This document shows positions 60,331-64,000 of a stretch of 64,000 bases of DNA, piece after piece. The DNA is from Auanema rhodensis. Lineage: Eukaryota > Animalia > Nematoda. A program made the translations under genes and the position numbers. The DNA lies in NCBI GenBank assembly GCA_964057225.1, contig OZ059898.1, positions 9,920,001 to 9,984,000 of the forward strand. Direction: 5' to 3'. The notes under the pieces are model-generated. The model was not told the DNA's origin and ran no database searches. It worked only from the letters and a program-made list of their open reading frames with translations. Every line of letters starts with the position of its first letter. The stretch's first letter is position 1.

Positions 60331-61587
60331 TTCGAAAATGTTAGATTGTTTCCGAAAAATTATGAAAAGTCAAGTTCTACTGATTTGAAGAGAATTGTAA
60401 GTTTTAGAAAATAATTAAAAATTAGTTCCCTCTACTATTAACTGATTGTCGGCTAAAATATGGTAACAGTTTTTATAAAAAGTTTCCATGATTAGGATTA
60501 AACAAAAAAAAGAATTAAAGAGAAACACTTTTTGTTTATTTATTTGATTATAATACTTGAAATTCCAAAAACAGTAGAATAAAATTGAGAAATCGACAAA
60601 AACAGTTGAACGATTTGAAGAGAATTGTAAGTTTTAGAAAAGAATTAAAGTTCAGCTATCTCTACTATTAACTGACTATCGGCTAGAATAAGGTAACAGT
60701 TTTTATTGAAAGTTTCCATGATTAAGATTGAACAAAAAAAAAAATTAGAGAGAAACACTTCTTGTTTACTTACTTGATTATAATACTTGAAATTCCAAAA
60801 ACAGTAAAATAAGATTGAGAAAGCGACAAAAACAGTTGAACGATTTGAAGACAATTGTAAGTTTAAGAAAAGAATTAAAGTTTAGCTTTGTCTACTATTA
60901 ACTGATTATCGGCTGAAATATGGTGACAGTTTTTTTTTAAAAGTTTCCATGATTAAGATTAAACAAAGAAAAAAAAATCAAAGAGAAACACTTCTTGTTT
61001 ACTAATTTGATTATAACACTTGAAATTCCAACAAAAGTAAAGTAAAACTGTTAAAGCGAGTAAAACTGTTGAACAATTTGAAGACAATTGTAAGTTGAAA
61101 AAAAAAATTAAAGTTTAGCTCTCTCTACTATCAACTGAATGTCGGCTAAAATATGATAACAGTTTTTATCAAAAGTTTCCATGATTAAGATTAAACAAAG
61201 AAAAAAAAATCAAAGAGAAACACTTCTTGTTTACTTATTTGATTATAACACTTGAAATTCCAACAAAAGTAAAGTAAAACTGTTAAAGCGAGTAAAACTG
61301 TTGAACGATTTGAAGACAATTGTAAGTTGAAGAAAAAAATTAAAGTTTAGCTTTCTCTACTATTAACTGAATGTCGGCTGAAATAAGGTAACAGTTTTTA
61401 TTAAAAGTTTCCATGATTTAGATTAAACAAAGAAAAAAAATCAAAGAGAAACACTTCTTGTTTACTAATTTGATTATAACACTTGAAAATCCAACAAAAG
61501 TAAAATAAAACTGTGAAAGCGGGTAAAACTGTTGAACTAAAACAGTCTTTATAAAATATAAATGATATATTTTTATAAAAGTGAAGT

Positions 61588-61658
61588 TGCATCGGCCGGG
61601 AATCGAACCCGGGTCGCCCGCGTGGCAGGCGAGCATTCTACCACTGAACCACCGATGC
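61588..61658 (-). tRNA. tRNA-Gly(GCC)
   Basis: Canonical copy. Confidence 0.95.
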
Positions 61659-62220
61659 TTCGAAAATGTTAGATTGTTTCCGAAAAATTATGAAAAGTCA
61701 AGTTCTACTGATTTGAAGAGAATTGTAAGTTTTAGAAAAGAATTGAAGTTCAGCTATCTCTACTATTAACTGATTATCGGCTAAAATAAGGTAACAGTTT
61801 TTATTGAAAGTTTCCATGATTAAGATTAAACAAAGAAAAAAATCAAAGAGAAACACTTCTTGTTTACTTACTTGATTATAATACTTGAAATTCCAAAAAC
61901 AGTAAAATAAAATTGAAAAAGCGACAAAAACAGTTGAACGATTTGAAGACAATTGTAAGTTGAAGAATAAAATTAAAGTTTAGCTCTCTCTACTATTAAC
62001 TGAATGTCGGCTAAAATATGGTAACAGTTTTTATTAAAAGTTTCCATGATTAAGATTAAACAAAGAAAAAAAATCAAAGAGAAACACTTCTTGTTTACTA
62101 ATTTGATTATAACACTTGAAATTCCAAAAAAAGTAAAATAAAACTGTGAAAGCGGGTAAAACTGTTGAACTAAAACAGTCTTTATAAAATATAAATGATA
62201 TATTTTTATAAAAGTGAAGT

Positions 62221-62291
62221 TGCATCGGCCGGGAATCGAACCCTGGTCGCCCGCGTGGCAGGCGAGCATTCTACCACTGAACCACCGATGC
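62221..62291 (-). tRNA. tRNA-Gly(GCC), variant F
   Basis: Same as 60260 copy. Confidence 0.8.
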
Positions 62292-63313
62292 TTCGAAAAT
62301 GTTAGATTGTTTCCGAAAAATTATGAAAAGTCAAGTTCTACTGATTTGAAGAGAATTGTAAGTTTTAGAAAATAATTAAAAATTAGTTCCCTCTACTATT
62401 AACTGATTGTCGGCTAAAATATGGTAACAGTTTTTATAAAAAGTTTCCATGATTAGGATTAAACAAAAAAAAGAATTAAAGAGAAACACTTTTTGTTTAC
62501 TTATTTGATTATAATACTTGAAATTCCAAAAACAGTAGAATAAAATTGAGAAATCGACAAAAACAGTTGAACGATTTGAAGAGAATTGTAAGTTTTAGAA
62601 AAGAATTAAAGTTCAGCTATCTCTACTATTAACTGACTATCGGCTAGAATAAGGTAACAGTTTTTATTGAAAGTTTCCATGATTAAGATTGAACAAAAAA
62701 AAAAATTAGAGAGAAACACTTCTTGTTTACTTACTTGATTATAATACTTGAAATTCCAAAAACAGTAAAATAAGATTGAGAAAGCGACAAAAACAGTTGA
62801 ACGATTTGAAGACAATTGTAAGTTTAAGAAAAGAATTAAAGTTTAGCTTTGTCTACTATTAACTGATTATCGGCTGAAATATGGTGACAGTTTTTTTTTA
62901 AAAGTTTCCATGATTAAGATTAAACAAAGAAAAAAAATCAAAGAGAAACACTTCTTGTTTACTAATTTGATTATAACACTTGAAATTCCAACAAAAGTAA
63001 AGTAAAACTGTTAAAGCGAGTAAAACTGTTGAACAATTTGAAGACAATTGTAAGTTGAAAAAAAAATTAAAGTTTAGCTCTCTCTACTATCAACTGAATG
63101 TCGGCTAAAATATGATAACAGTTTTTATCAAAAGTTTCCATGATTAAGATTAAACAAAGAAAAAAATCAAAGAGAAACACTTCTTGTTTACTAATTTGAT
63201 TATAACACTTGAAATTCCAACAAAAGTAAAATAAAACTGTGAAAGCGGGTAAAACTGTTGAACTAAAACAGTCTTTATAAAATATAAATGATATATTTTT
63301 ATAAAAGTGAAGT

Positions 63314-63384
63314 TGCATCGTCCGGGACTCGAACCCGGGTCGCCCGCGTGGCAGGCGAGCATTCTACCACTGAACCACCGATGC
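63314..63384 (-). tRNA. tRNA-Gly(GCC), variant B
   Basis: Same as 9541 copy. Confidence 0.85.
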
Positions 63385-64000
63385 TTCGAAAATGTTAGAT
63401 TGTTTCCGAAAAATTATGAAAAGTCAAGTTCTACTGATTTGAAGAGAATTGTAAGTTTTAGAAAAGAATTAAAGTTCAGCTATCTCTACTATTAACTGAT
63501 TATCGGCTAAAATAAGGTAACAGTTTTTATTGAAAGTTTCCATGATTAAGATTAAACAAAGAAAAAAAATCAAAGAGAAACACTTCTTGTTTACTTATTT
63601 GATTATAATACTTGAAATTCCAAAAACAGTAAAATAAAATTGAGAAAGCAACATAAACAGTTGAACGATTTGAAGAGAATTGTAAGTTTAAGAAAAGAAT
63701 TAAAGTTTAGCTTTGTCTACTATTAACTGATTATCGGCTGAAATATGGTGACAGTTTTTTATTAAAAGTTTCCATGATTAAGATTAAACAAAGAAAAAAA
63801 AATCAAAGAGAAACACTTCTTGTTTACTTATTTGATTATAACACTTGAAATTCCAACAAAAGTAAAGTAAAACTGTTAAAGCGAGTAAAACTGTTGAACG
63901 ATTTGAAGACAATTGTAAGTTGAAGAAAAAAATTAAAGTTTAGCTCTCTCTACTATTAACTGAATGTCGGCTGAAATAAGGTAACAGTTTTTATTAAAAG

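Larger units (their letters stand above)
59659..64000. repeat. 231-bp satellite / tRNA-Gly array, block 3 (4 tRNAs; continues beyond the window)
   Basis: Same monomer and module. Confidence 0.97.

Noticed and set aside
9294-63495. Dozens of 60-133 aa ORFs (MLACHAGDPG..., MQLHFYKN..., MKLHRPG..., MSSNRSTV...)
   Set aside because: They are read-throughs of the tRNA gene and satellite. Their lengths vary with poly-A indels and they have no domain motifs.

Overview
This is eukaryotic DNA, very probably from a nematode (39-48 nt GT-AG introns, a nematode-type tRNA-Gly-GCC, and gag-env-pro-pol Metaviridae). The backbone is a tandem array of a ~231-bp AT-rich satellite. A 172-bp module carrying tRNA-Gly(GCC) is embedded every 2-6 monomers, giving 40 tRNA copies, all on the minus strand and in several sequence variants. 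Three elements interrupt the array. (1) An env-bearing Ty3/gypsy LTR element on the minus strand (<1-8618) has a single continuous Gag-Env-PR-RT-RNaseH ORF that runs off the left edge. (2) A ~3.7-kb insert (40251-43994) has no LTRs, terminal inverted repeats or target-site duplication (TSD). The ORF track shows it only as fragments, but manual splicing gives one in-frame 17-exon gene of ~846 aa: SET methyltransferase + post-SET + acidic tract + C2H2-like finger + tyrosine recombinase + RING finger. This is a candidate Crypton-like element carrying its own chromatin modifiers and is the most interesting item in the window. (3) A complete, recent, related LTR element on the plus strand (48033-59658) has apparently identical 358-bp LTRs with non-canonical CG...CG ends, a 4-bp TSD, a tRNA-Gln primer-binding site, and a frameshift just before the Env membrane anchor. 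All translations and alignments were done by eye; no database searches were run.
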